64,000 bases of DNA from Candidatus Woesebacteria bacterium. Its GTDB lineage: Bacteria; Patescibacteriota; Saccharimonadia; Saccharimonadales; EFPC-124. The stretch spans positions 34,211 through 98,210 of the forward strand of contig JASFQB010000006.1 in the NCBI GenBank assembly GCA_050115675.1, given 5' to 3'. The notes beneath the pieces were generated by a model that had not been told where the DNA came from, searched no databases, and worked only from the letters and a program-made list of their open reading frames with translations. Made by a program: the position numbers and the translations under genes. Positions 18,379 through 27,575 of this stretch are shown here, in pieces (the stretch's first letter is position 1; each line of letters begins with the position of its first letter).

Positions 18379-18996
18379 CTACAATCGCGAACAGCAACCA
18401 CTGGGCTCAGGAATAGAAATTCTTGTACGCAATCGTACAAGAGAATAGACTTTTATCACCAAACCCACAGTTGCCACCACACCCACAAACCAAACACTCT
18501 GCGTCATAACCATTACTATAAAAACAAGTGACGAGTTTGCCATTTTACCCAAAGGAGACCAATTGAGATTATATAGTTTTTTATCAACCAAATAAAAATA
18601 GTTCGGGCTCAATAATGGCCAATGAATAAATATCAACGACAAATAATTATCTATGACTAAAAAATTACCAATATATATCAAAAGAGGCACCACAAACTGC
18701 GGATTAAAAGCCATGTAGCTTCCATATACCAAAGTAACGCAAAAACGGTCGCACAAGATGTCTAAGACCGCACCAGTGCGAGTTTCTAGTCCAAAACGCC
18801 TAGCAATAAATCCATCTGCTACGTCTCCCAGCCAATACGCCGCAAGCCCAACAAACAACCACTCAACTTTTTGCGTTGCAATATACATTCCAACAAAGAC
18901 TGCGCAAAAAACAGTCCTGACAGCGGTAATTAGCGTTGGTACCGTTAAAAGTCGTTCGTTTTTTGGCAAATTGCAGCCATGATGTTTGCAAGTCAT
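18379..18996 (-). CDS. CDP-alcohol phosphatidyltransferase family protein
   Basis: DVADGFIARRFGLETRTGAVLDILCDR fits D-x2-DG-x2-AR-x8-G-x3-D-x3-D. Confidence 0.75.
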   Translation of the reverse strand: MTCKHHGCNLPKNERLLTVPTLITAVRTVFCAVFVGMYIATQKVEWLFVGLAAYWLGDVADGFIARRFGLETRTGAVLDILCDRFCVTLVYGSYMAFNPQFVVPLLIYIGNFLVIDNYLSLIFIHWPLLSPNYFYLVDKKLYNLNWSPLGKMANSSLVFIVMVMTQSVWFVGVVATVGLVIKVYSLVRLRTRISIPEPSGCCSRL

Positions 18997-19011
18997 AATG
19001 CGAACATTATA

Positions 19012-19737
19012 CTACTTTAATGTAGTTTTTTCACCTCTGGCGGCCAAATATTTCTTCCGCTCATCCTCAGACAAGCGCTCTATGCTGTAGCGCAACTTCG
19101 TGCGTGGCATGTCGCATGCATGTTTATCTAAAAATTCATGCAAAACCCTCGTGTCCCTCTTGCCTACCTCTCGCAGCATCCAGCCAACCGCTTTGTGTAT
19201 TAAATCATGTTTATCGTCTAAAAGAAGTTTAGAAATTGCAATTGTATCTGCAAAATCGCCCAAACCAATAAATTTTGCCGTGCTAATTATTGCAATTCGC
19301 CTATCCCAAATATTGTTAGACTTTGCAAGCTTATATAGTACGTCACGTGGCCTATCTACCGAATATCCGCCAACAACATCCTTACTGCTAAGATCCACGA
19401 GATCCCAATTGTTTATATATTTAGTGTTTTTTAGGTATAAATCAAAAAGTTGTTTATAATGTTGTTTATCTGCTTTCTTGGCTTGCTCAACCATGATAAT
19501 TAGCGCGACAAGACGCTCTTCGTGGATTTTGCTGTGAAGCAACTTCTCTATTGTAGGCAAGTCAAGGTTTTTAAATTGTTTTACAATTGCACGCACCTGA
19601 GGATTTTTTAAACCAACAAAAATGTCACCTTCGCCGTACTGACCTGGCCCAGTTTTAAAAAAACGTTGTAAATTTTTCGCCACCTCAGAGTTGGCATTTT
19701 CCTCAATTAATTTAGTAATTTTTGCCAAATTGTCCAT
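19012..19737 (-). CDS. DNA alkylation repair protein (AlkD-like HEAT-repeat family)
   Basis: AKNLQRFFKTGPGQYGEGDIFVGLKNPQVR and WDLVD motifs typical of the family. Confidence 0.8.
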   Translation of the reverse strand: MDNLAKITKLIEENANSEVAKNLQRFFKTGPGQYGEGDIFVGLKNPQVRAIVKQFKNLDLPTIEKLLHSKIHEERLVALIIMVEQAKKADKQHYKQLFDLYLKNTKYINNWDLVDLSSKDVVGGYSVDRPRDVLYKLAKSNNIWDRRIAIISTAKFIGLGDFADTIAISKLLLDDKHDLIHKAVGWMLREVGKRDTRVLHEFLDKHACDMPRTKLRYSIERLSEDERKKYLAARGEKTTLK

Positions 19738-19797
19738 AAATACAATATATTACACTTGTTATCATTTAGGCCAACGTGTGTTAATGTCTTCATCAAT

Positions 19798-20466
19798 ATG
19801 CCAAAGTATAAAAAAATTCACCAGATCCCACAAATTGACCGTCCTCGCGAGAAATTACAGCGCAAGGGCGTTAAAGCGCTGTCCGACTTTGAACTGCTTG
19901 AAGTCTTAATCGGCAGCGGAAACAAGCAAGCTGATGTTGGGCAAATTGCCAGACAGGCTCAAAAATTGCTACAAAAAGGCGTTAGCGGAGTAACTTACGA
20001 TTCGCTAATACAGCTGCCCGGCATTAGCATAGCGCAGGCAAGCAAAATACTATCTGCGCTAGAGCTAGCCAGACGACACCTGGTACGCGATACAGAACCT
20101 CTAATAAGCCAACAGGGAATTTTAGCTAGACTAACCGATATTCGATCAAAGCAGCAAGAATATCTTGTTTGCCTATCTTTGGATGGAGGACAAAGATTGA
20201 TCTCTCAGCGCACAATTACAGTTGGCACGCTTGACTCAGTTTTAGCTCATCCTCGTGAGGTGTTTTCTGACCCAATTGTTGATCGAGCAGCCAGCATCAT
20301 TGTGGCGCACAATCACCCATCAGGAGACCCACAGCCCAGCGCAAAAGATATGACGCTAACCCAGCAGTTAGTTGCTGCGGGGCAACTCTTAGGAATACCC
20401 CTCAGAGATCACATAATTGTTAGCAAAACTAGCCACTTCAGTTTTAGACAAAACAGACTTCTATAA
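19798..20466 (+). CDS. radC: RadC-like JAB/MPN domain protein
   Basis: HNHPSGDPQPSAKD JAMM motif, N-terminal PREKL..G...LSD.ELL; start taken at MPKYKK. Confidence 0.85.
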   Translation: MPKYKKIHQIPQIDRPREKLQRKGVKALSDFELLEVLIGSGNKQADVGQIARQAQKLLQKGVSGVTYDSLIQLPGISIAQASKILSALELARRHLVRDTEPLISQQGILARLTDIRSKQQEYLVCLSLDGGQRLISQRTITVGTLDSVLAHPREVFSDPIVDRAASIIVAHNHPSGDPQPSAKDMTLTQQLVAAGQLLGIPLRDHIIVSKTSHFSFRQNRLL

Positions 20467-20490
20467 CCACATAATCAAGGATGAAAGCTC

Positions 20491-21429
20491 ATGAGCGTCT
20501 GCTATTTTGAATCGCTAAAAATATCAAACAAACTTTTATGCAAAGAGATTGCAAATCATTTAAAATTCCGCCAGCACCTTGGCAAAGCTATCGTAGTATG
20601 CGAAACTCCTAGCACCTTGCTTGGCACAACGCGCAAACAATGGTTAAAACTAGCACGCAGTGTACAAAACGAAAGATCTGCCACTATCAACGCAGAACGG
20701 TTATTGCGTCTAACTAATGCCATAACACACATGCATAAAATGCAATTCATTGCCAAAACACCAATGCAATCACAAAATGCTCACGTTTATTTTATTGATC
20801 CAAAAGATCTAGAAGAAGCAATACTACCAGTAAACACATACAGTTTTTACATAACTTGTCCGATAAACAAAGAATTGCTTAATCACTGCATAGAGCAATT
20901 ACCCTCTAACGCTATGATAGTAGATTTTTCTAACTCAATTACAGACCATTCAGAAACACTAAAACCAAAATCAAAGCTTGAATCACAGGTTTTTAAATAT
21001 TGGAGTGAAGTCGAGACATTTCTTGATAGACATAAAGTTGACATTACAAAGCTTACAAATCGCAACAATCAACAAATTGAAGCAATTAACGACGCACTAG
21101 ATACCCTACTAGACGCAGACTATCATTTTTTACAGCTTGCCAGCGCCTTTCAGCATCAAGTAGAACTTGCGCAGCCACTATTACTTGATCCCGAAATGCA
21201 ACGCCAATACGACGTCTTGATGTTACTTGCTCATCGAGTTCAAACGCTAAGCCCAAGCTCACTTGCGGCCAAATTTACACACAACCTAAACGACGATGCC
21301 TTCTTTTTGCACGACATCAGTTTGGAGTTCGAAGAAGATTTACTGCCAATTTACGAGACAATCGAGCACCACAAAAAGGCCGGGCGCAATCGCCTTGCAC
21401 GCGCACTTACCTTTGCGATGTCACATTAA
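20491..21429 (+). CDS. Hypothetical protein (312 aa, no recognisable motif)
   Basis: Long uninterrupted ORF; ends 6 nt from the convergent DUF4868-like gene. Confidence 0.6.
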   Translation: MSVCYFESLKISNKLLCKEIANHLKFRQHLGKAIVVCETPSTLLGTTRKQWLKLARSVQNERSATINAERLLRLTNAITHMHKMQFIAKTPMQSQNAHVYFIDPKDLEEAILPVNTYSFYITCPINKELLNHCIEQLPSNAMIVDFSNSITDHSETLKPKSKLESQVFKYWSEVETFLDRHKVDITKLTNRNNQQIEAINDALDTLLDADYHFLQLASAFQHQVELAQPLLLDPEMQRQYDVLMLLAHRVQTLSPSSLAAKFTHNLNDDAFFLHDISLEFEEDLLPIYETIEHHKKAGRNRLARALTFAMSH

Positions 21430-21435
21430 CCTACC

Positions 21436-22440
21436 CTATGCCCCTGGAGCTTCTTCGGCGGTCTTTAGGGGCTTTTTGCTTCTAATTTCATAGCGCATAC
21501 CAGTCATTTGCGACTCAACATAATCATCGTTTAAAAGATTTACAAAAATCTTTAAATCTTTTTCACTCATAATGATAATTGCACCTTCTTCATCAACCAT
21601 CAGCTCCAGACCAAGCTCCTCGGCTGCCGCAATTAACTCATCTTGTTTTACCAAACCTGGGTCAATAATTTGCAACTTATTAATAAGCGCCTTGTTACCT
21701 TTTACTAAAGACTGCATGTCCATATCGTCCGCAAAACTTAATTTGTAGTGAGCTTCAATTGCGCGCACCTTTTTTTCTGCAATACTAGCTTTTTTAGCGT
21801 TATAACCGAACAACTGCTCTAATTTTGACTGGTTAAACACATACACATCGCCCTCAAGTACCAAAAGTTGATTATCGGACGGAATACGCAGCACGCCTGC
21901 ATCAACAGAAACAAACTTTTGACCCTCAACCATCCAAGCACCTTCGCCTTTTAACAACTGAGCGGACGGCAGCTTTTTAATAACATAAAAATCTTTTTCC
22001 ATTTTTGGGTGACTGCATTTTGCCACAATTCCACGCATACGCTTAAGGTCGTGATCTTCTTCAAATTGCTCAATTGCATGTTGGTGGGTTTTTAGCCAAT
22101 TTATAACATCTGACAACTGATCAACTCGCCTAACCTGAGTTTTTTGCAAAACGTTTTGTTCGCTTTCTGCCTCCTCAAACCCTCTAACCAGTAGCCCGGT
22201 CTGTGCACCATCTAAAACATATTCCATCAAGCCATCAATAAACAAAGGCTGCAGTTGTTTTTCAAGATCGCCCTGCAATTTTACGCCATATACAACATTA
22301 TTTTTATTTAACAGATACAAATCAATTTTAAGTTCTTCTTTGTATTCAAAAAGGTTGTTTGCCCATGTAAAAACATCAGTTTCTTGCTCTTGCTGGGCTT
22401 GTGGCTGTGATAATGGTTCCATATTGCTAATAAACTCCAA
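21436..22440 (-). CDS. DUF4868 / KwaB-like protein (tentative)
   Basis: Size (~330 aa) and C-terminal pattern VYVFNQSKLEQLFGY..KALINKLQII..IFVNLLNDDYVESQMTGMRYEIRSKK resemble my memory of DUF4868. Start uncertain (TTG 22440 or ATG 22422). Confidence 0.5.
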   Translation of the reverse strand: MEFISNMEPLSQPQAQQEQETDVFTWANNLFEYKEELKIDLYLLNKNNVVYGVKLQGDLEKQLQPLFIDGLMEYVLDGAQTGLLVRGFEEAESEQNVLQKTQVRRVDQLSDVINWLKTHQHAIEQFEEDHDLKRMRGIVAKCSHPKMEKDFYVIKKLPSAQLLKGEGAWMVEGQKFVSVDAGVLRIPSDNQLLVLEGDVYVFNQSKLEQLFGYNAKKASIAEKKVRAIEAHYKLSFADDMDMQSLVKGNKALINKLQIIDPGLVKQDELIAAAEELGLELMVDEEGAIIIMSEKDLKIFVNLLNDDYVESQMTGMRYEIRSKKPLKTAEEAPGA

Positions 22441-22503
22441 AATTCACCGTATTTACGGCATTAGTTAGGCTTTAAGTTTTATTTTACGCTAAAACGGCAG
22501 ATT

Positions 22504-22725
22504 TTATGGTTGTAAAATCTGCACATGCTTAAAGTTTGATGTCTGGCCACGTATAATCGTAACTTTTGATTTTGCTATTCTAAAGTGTTTTGCCAGCAGC
22601 CTTATCACAGCTTCGTTTGCCTGACCATCAACAGGACGAGCTCTAACATAAACCGTCATATTGTTACCCTCAGCCATAATCATTTCGCGCGAACCGCCAG
22701 TTTTAACTCTTACTGTATAAATCAT
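22504..22725 (-). CDS. DUF167 (YggU/UPF0235) family protein
   Basis: VRARPVDGQANEAVIRLLAKHF matches the family core. Confidence 0.7.
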   Translation of the reverse strand: MIYTVRVKTGGSREMIMAEGNNMTVYVRARPVDGQANEAVIRLLAKHFRIAKSKVTIIRGQTSNFKHVQILQP

Positions 22726-24070
22726 TGATTTTTTGTCCTAAATCTTCAATTTTAATACGTTCTTGTTTCATGCTGTCGCGATGACGAATGGTTACAGAAT
22801 CATCATTCAAACTGTCAAAATCTACTGTTACACAGTACGGAGTGCCAATTTCGTCTTGGCGGCGATATCGCTTACCAATGCTGCCAGTTTCGTCATACTC
22901 AATGTTGTAATTTGTACATTGAACAAGTTTTTTGTACGCTTTTTCAGAGGTGCCTTGCAGTTCTTGCTTTTTAGATAGCGGCAAAACTGCAATTTTTACA
23001 GGTGCGACTTTAGGATCCATCTTTAACACAACTCTGGTTTCGCCATTAACCTCTTCTTCGCAATAAGAGTTTGTAAGTACTGCCATCATCATACGACCAA
23101 CACCAACAGAGCTTTCGATAACGTTTGGTGTGTAGCGCTCGCGCGTCTGATCATCAAAATACGTTAAATCTTTATTACTAAACTGCATATGATTGCCCAA
23201 ATCAAAATCACCGCGATTATGCGTGCCCCAAAGCTCCTTAAAGCCTTGCGAAAAATTAAAATAGATATCGTGTGCAGCACGTGCATAATGCGCACGCTCG
23301 TTAATGTCGTGCTCGTGCCACATAAGGTTTTCTTCTTTAACGCCTAGCTGTTTAGTCATAAACTCCCAAGCAAAATCACGCCAGCGTTGATACTGAGCAT
23401 CTTCCATTGTGGGATGTATAAAATACTGCATTTCCATTTGTTCAAGCTCGCGGACCCTAAAAATAAAGTCGCGCGGGCTAATTTCGTTACGAAATGCTTT
23501 ACCAATTTGAGCTATACCAAATGGAATCTTGCTGCGAGTAGTTTCGCGCACATTCTCGAAGTTAGTAAAAATACTTCCGGCAGTCTCTGGGCGCAAGTAC
23601 GCAACCGAACTTTCGTCCTCAACTGGACCAACCCAAGTTTTCATCATCATATTATAAAAGCGTGGCTCAGTCAGGGTTTTTTTGCCGCATTTTGGACAGG
23701 CGGCGTCTTGCAGCAAGTCTTTAAGCTCAACTAAGTCGTTTGTGTCTTTGCCCGCCAAATGGTCGGCTCTAAAGCGGCCGCCACAGCTTTTACAATCTAC
23801 CAACGGATCAGTAAAGCCTGCAACATGGCCACTTGCCTGCCATAATTTTGGATTTTGAATAATTGCACCATCAACACCAAAGACTTCGCGATTTTCGCGA
23901 ACCATAGCCTGCCACCAAAGCTGCTTAATATTGTTTACAAGCTCCACTCCATATGGACCGTAATCCCAAAAACCCGCCAAACCACCATAAATTTCGCTAG
24001 CCTGAAAAACAAAACCTCGGCGCTTGGCTAAACTTACTAATGTTTCTAATGAAACTTGTTGCTTACTCAT
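22703..24070 (-). CDS. glyQS: Glycine-tRNA ligase (homodimeric GlyQS type)
   Basis: RRGFVFQASEIYGGLAGFWDYGPYG N-terminus; class II motifs. Confidence 0.9.
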   Translation of the reverse strand: MSKQQVSLETLVSLAKRRGFVFQASEIYGGLAGFWDYGPYGVELVNNIKQLWWQAMVRENREVFGVDGAIIQNPKLWQASGHVAGFTDPLVDCKSCGGRFRADHLAGKDTNDLVELKDLLQDAACPKCGKKTLTEPRFYNMMMKTWVGPVEDESSVAYLRPETAGSIFTNFENVRETTRSKIPFGIAQIGKAFRNEISPRDFIFRVRELEQMEMQYFIHPTMEDAQYQRWRDFAWEFMTKQLGVKEENLMWHEHDINERAHYARAAHDIYFNFSQGFKELWGTHNRGDFDLGNHMQFSNKDLTYFDDQTRERYTPNVIESSVGVGRMMMAVLTNSYCEEEVNGETRVVLKMDPKVAPVKIAVLPLSKKQELQGTSEKAYKKLVQCTNYNIEYDETGSIGKRYRRQDEIGTPYCVTVDFDSLNDDSVTIRHRDSMKQERIKIEDLGQKINDLYSKS

Positions 24071-24078
24071 AATAGCTA

Positions 24079-24084
24079 ATTATA
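24079..24084 (-). promoter_or_regulatory. -10 box TATAAT, 8 nt upstream of the glyQS ATG
   Basis: Minus strand gTTATAAT tagctatt ATG. Confidence 0.5.
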
Positions 24085-24122
24085 ACAGATAAACGCGCTA
24101 CAAAAAGGCATAGCCAAATAAC

Positions 24123-24151
24123 TTGACAAAATGGCATAAAAATGCTAAACT
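24123..24151 (+). promoter_or_regulatory. Sigma-70 promoter TTGACA-N17-TAAACT with extended TG
   Basis: TTGACA 24123-24128; TGcTAAACT 24143-24151. Confidence 0.65.
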
Positions 24152-24197
24152 AACAACATTGACGCTTTTTAGCGCCACACCTTGCATAGGAGCTGCA

Positions 24198-24767
24198 TTG
24201 AGGATTTACAAGATCGATACGACCCCCCTTCCTCCGTTCTTTTGGGAGAGGACGTCTCTTGATCCCCTGTGCGACGCACTGAGCCCCAATGAAGTCCGAG
24301 AACTCGACGATGCCAGCTATTACGGCAGCATTTTCACAGACCGTTACGTAAAGCAGCGAGAAGAAGACTACCAGCATTGGCTGGAGTATGGCACGCTTCG
24401 CACAGACTGCGAATACGATGATTACGATTGTCGTGACGACAGCCTTGGCTGCCAGCACTGCGGTGGTTTTGCATGCTGGGGCGCATGTCAATACGATGAC
24501 GATGACTTCTCGTTTGCCACATCGCATCTTCCCGACTTGGACGAGGGGGAATGCATTTACAGATCCAAACCTTCTTGCAAACGCAAGGATCGCGAGTGGG
24601 TCACGCTCAATAACGGCGGGATCGCGCCCAAGGTGAAGCGGCACAACCGCGGTCACCGCGCAAACCGCAAGAAGCGATTCGACCTCGGCATCGCCGAGCA
24701 GCGTCGCTGGCGTCGCGACAAGCTTGCCGAGATCGCTGGCGCCCTTTGTCAGGAGGACTACTCTTAG
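24198..24767 (+). CDS. Hypothetical Cys-rich acidic protein with strongly basic C-terminal tail (higher-GC islet)
   Basis: RBS AGGAG 24188-24192 then TTG 24198; CEYDDYDCRDDSLGCQHCGGFACWGAC cluster; tail KVKRHNRGHRANRKKRF; own terminator. Confidence 0.55.
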   Translation: MRIYKIDTTPLPPFFWERTSLDPLCDALSPNEVRELDDASYYGSIFTDRYVKQREEDYQHWLEYGTLRTDCEYDDYDCRDDSLGCQHCGGFACWGACQYDDDDFSFATSHLPDLDEGECIYRSKPSCKRKDREWVTLNNGGIAPKVKRHNRGHRANRKKRFDLGIAEQRRWRRDKLAEIAGALCQEDYS

Positions 24768-24771
24768 TCAC

Positions 24772-24816
24772 CTGCCCGGTTTCTCATTTGTCTTTGACAT
24801 CTGCGAAACCGGGCAG
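24772..24816 (+). terminator. 12-bp stem hairpin terminator
   Basis: ctgcccggtttc (24772-24783) / gaaaccgggcag (24805-24816) then ttctaattt. Confidence 0.65.
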
Positions 24817-24881
24817 TTCTAATTTGCATTTGCTATGAACTTATTATATCTTATAGATTAAGGCACCCTACATAGAATAGA

Positions 24882-25673
24882 ATGGAGTCTGTAATGGGCA
24901 ATCTTCCTACTCTGCCTAGCACTGTCGAGCAAGGGCTTTCAGTACTAAGTGAACTAATTAACAACTCTGGCGGCAATTTTAAAACCGCATATCAGTTTGC
25001 ACGTCAGCTTAATGATGCGTTTGTTGACGACCCGCGTACTTGGTCTCAGCTTGTTTTGGTTTGCAATTTAACAGATCGCAATGACGAGGCAACTAATGTT
25101 CAAGTTGCTGCAAGATCACGATGTCCAACATGGAGCAATCTTCATGAAGGCGACTGCGAAAGAGACCAAGCACTCTACTGCATACGATATAAGCTGCTAG
25201 GCAGCGCCGAGCGTCACATTGAGCGCGCCATAAGGCTGCACGCAGACAATCCAAATCGCTTGGCTGCGCTGCAAATGGTGCACGGCAGAATTTGCTATGC
25301 CAGAGGGCATTATCAACTAGCCATCTCGTACCTTGACAACGCGCTACGTCAGTGGAATGCACTTACAAAAAGAATTAACAGTGGCGAAAAAAACTTAGAC
25401 CGTGCAGATCCGCAATGGCGACTTAATTGTATGCGCTGGTTGCTTAAATCTACCATTGCCAACAGTGGCCGCTGCAACCGCTCAAAAGATATTTTTGACG
25501 AATTGCGCATCTGGGCAAGAGCATGTGGACGAACCAAGGTTCCCATGCACACAAGGCTCGCGTCGTACGGCAAATTCTTTAATAAGCTCGACGACCTAAT
25601 TAAGTCTCCGTATGGGCACGAGCTACTGCGACGCCTAGGGTTTGAGACACTTGCCCGCAGACTACTTCTTTAA
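24882..25673 (+). CDS. Hypothetical helical-repeat (TPR-like?) protein (higher-GC islet)
   Basis: 263-aa ORF, alternative start ATG 24894 with GGAG upstream; helical repeat-like GHYQLAISYLDNALRQW. Confidence 0.55.
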   Translation: MESVMGNLPTLPSTVEQGLSVLSELINNSGGNFKTAYQFARQLNDAFVDDPRTWSQLVLVCNLTDRNDEATNVQVAARSRCPTWSNLHEGDCERDQALYCIRYKLLGSAERHIERAIRLHADNPNRLAALQMVHGRICYARGHYQLAISYLDNALRQWNALTKRINSGEKNLDRADPQWRLNCMRWLLKSTIANSGRCNRSKDIFDELRIWARACGRTKVPMHTRLASYGKFFNKLDDLIKSPYGHELLRRLGFETLARRLLL

Positions 25674-25688
25674 AAAAGGTAGCAACCG

Positions 25689-25723
25689 CGCCCTGATTAG
25701 TACCTAGTGTGCCAATCAGGGCG
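25689..25723. terminator. Hairpin between convergent genes (10-bp stem)
   Basis: cgccctgatt (25689-25698) / aatcagggcg (25714-25723); no clean U-tract on either strand. Confidence 0.35.
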
Positions 25724-25741
25724 TTAAAAAAATAATGTCAT

Positions 25742-26416
25742 TTACTCATCTAAAGCCCTAGCTAGCCACAAACAGTCTCCAATGACCTGCCCCAGCCCGC
25801 TCACCTGTCGTAAAACAGCCGGATTTTTTGCCTGAATTAACCTTAAAAACTTTATATGATCGGCTATAAACTTGCCATTTTGACACTGTTCAAAAGCCAT
25901 GTCGTCAAAACTAAAATTATACTTTTGATCCACTTCTAATTTTTTGTCATCTGTTGATGTGCTTAAATTTATACTCCTACCCAGTAAAGCGCCAAGCTGA
26001 AGCCTAAACCACAGCTCCACAATGCAATGATCAATAGCAAGCTCATCTAAATAGACAAAAGAATCTCGCAAAAGATAATAAAAATCAGCCTCTGCTACGG
26101 TTTCTGTAGCCTTATTTACGATTTTTATCAAATCATAGCCAAGCTGCATACGATCATAATCGCTTAAAACATTTTTATAAAACCTGATTAAACGAGCGGA
26201 TGCTATCAGCCCCATCTCGCCCCGACCCTCAATTATAGTAACGTTGCTTGTTGCAAAAAGCTCCAGCCCGCCGGCCAGCTTACTTTTACTTTTACGGACA
26301 CCTTTAGCAATTGCGCTAATCTTACCATAATCTGGCGTCAGTAAACTTAGCACCCTGTCTGCCTCGCCATAATTTGTACGCCTTAAAATTATTGATTCTG
26401 TTTTATGAGTTTTCAT
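25742..26416 (-). CDS. recO: DNA repair protein RecO
   Basis: ESIILRRTNYGEADRVLSLLTPDYGKISAIAKGVRK N-terminal OB-fold signature. Confidence 0.85.
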   Translation of the reverse strand: MKTHKTESIILRRTNYGEADRVLSLLTPDYGKISAIAKGVRKSKSKLAGGLELFATSNVTIIEGRGEMGLIASARLIRFYKNVLSDYDRMQLGYDLIKIVNKATETVAEADFYYLLRDSFVYLDELAIDHCIVELWFRLQLGALLGRSINLSTSTDDKKLEVDQKYNFSFDDMAFEQCQNGKFIADHIKFLRLIQAKNPAVLRQVSGLGQVIGDCLWLARALDE

Positions 26417-26780
26417 CTATCGTCTCGGCAATAGCTTTAATTACGTCTTTAGGTTTTATTGTTGCTTTATCAAGAATTTTAGCCACTCCATAGTAACGCA
26501 AATTTTCTAATGTTACATCTTGTGGCAAAGTATTGCTAAAAATTATTGCAGGAATATCCGCCAAATCGTAATTAGATGCCAACTCATGCAATAACTGAAT
26601 TCCATTTGCCCAAGGTAGCATTAAATCAAGCAAAATAACGTCTGGCTTTTTTTGATCAATCACTTCTATTGCATCATAGCCATCACGTCGCCAAACCACA
26701 TTGAATCCGCCCTTACCTAAAACATTGCAGTACAGCTCACCAAGCCATGCCTCGTCTTCTACTAAAAGAACTGTATTCAT
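26403..26780 (-). CDS. Stand-alone response regulator receiver domain (CheY-like, no output domain)
   Basis: LLVEDE ... PDVILLDLMLP phospho-acceptor pattern; 125 aa only. Confidence 0.8.
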   Translation of the reverse strand: MNTVLLVEDEAWLGELYCNVLGKGGFNVVWRRDGYDAIEVIDQKKPDVILLDLMLPWANGIQLLHELASNYDLADIPAIIFSNTLPQDVTLENLRYYGVAKILDKATIKPKDVIKAIAETIDENS

Positions 26781-27529
26781 AATAAACTTAGCTGCTTTGA
26801 CTGAATTAAATCAACATGAAACGCAGCACCTTTATTTACCGCGCCTACGCTTAGCGCCCCACCCATAGCCTGCGCCATTTGGCTGGCAATATACAAACCT
26901 ATTCCACTATTGCCAGACCGACCCTGCATTGGCTGTAAAGTTTTTCCAAGACTACTGCCTAGCCTGCGAATATCTGCCAAGGTTAATCCAGGGCCGTTAT
27001 CACGCACGCTTGCTCTAACGCGGGCGTTACGCCGCCGAATTTTTACATCCACATCAGTTTGTGGTGGATTATGCTTAATTGCGTTGTCTATCAAATTTAT
27101 AAACACACCTCGTAGCAGATCGTTGTTTCCTACCACTAGCTGTGGCGAGGACGGCGCGCTAAAATTAATTTTTTGATCACAAGCCTTCGCTAGCGGCATT
27201 ATTTCGTGCATAGCCTCTTGGCAAACCTGACTAACGTTCACTGGTTCCATTTCAAAACCAAAATCTAGTTGGTCGCAAGTATTCAACCTATGACTTATCG
27301 TTAAGCCCTGCACTAAATTTAACGTCCTTCCGGCCGAAAGTCTGATTCGCTGCAAGGACTGTTTGCGATCGATTGGACTAGCTTGCGTCAAATCGTCTTC
27401 TAAACTACTCGCAAGATGCAGAATAATTGCCAACGGGGTTTTAAGCTCATGAGCAACAGCAACCAGCCCATCAATAGGGCCGCTGCCAGGTGTAATCTGG
27501 AAGTTCGACTGTTTTTTACCCTCACTCAT
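26777..27529 (-). CDS. Histidine kinase (DHp plus HATPase only, no TM or sensor domain)
   Basis: H-box AHELKTPLA, N-box LIDNAIKHN, DNGPGL, GIGLYIA; start taken at MSEGKK. Confidence 0.8.
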   Translation of the reverse strand: MSEGKKQSNFQITPGSGPIDGLVAVAHELKTPLAIILHLASSLEDDLTQASPIDRKQSLQRIRLSAGRTLNLVQGLTISHRLNTCDQLDFGFEMEPVNVSQVCQEAMHEIMPLAKACDQKINFSAPSSPQLVVGNNDLLRGVFINLIDNAIKHNPPQTDVDVKIRRRNARVRASVRDNGPGLTLADIRRLGSSLGKTLQPMQGRSGNSGIGLYIASQMAQAMGGALSVGAVNKGAAFHVDLIQSKQLSLL

Positions 27530-27575
27530 TTGTACTAAAAGTTTAGCACAAACCGTGCCAGGCAAGCACAATCGT

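Noticed and set aside
24150-24656. Antisense and alternative-frame ORFs (168, 62 and 82 aa) within the higher-GC islet
   Set aside because: Long spurious ORFs are expected in GC-rich DNA. Only the + strand frame starting at 24198 has a promoter, RBS and terminator.
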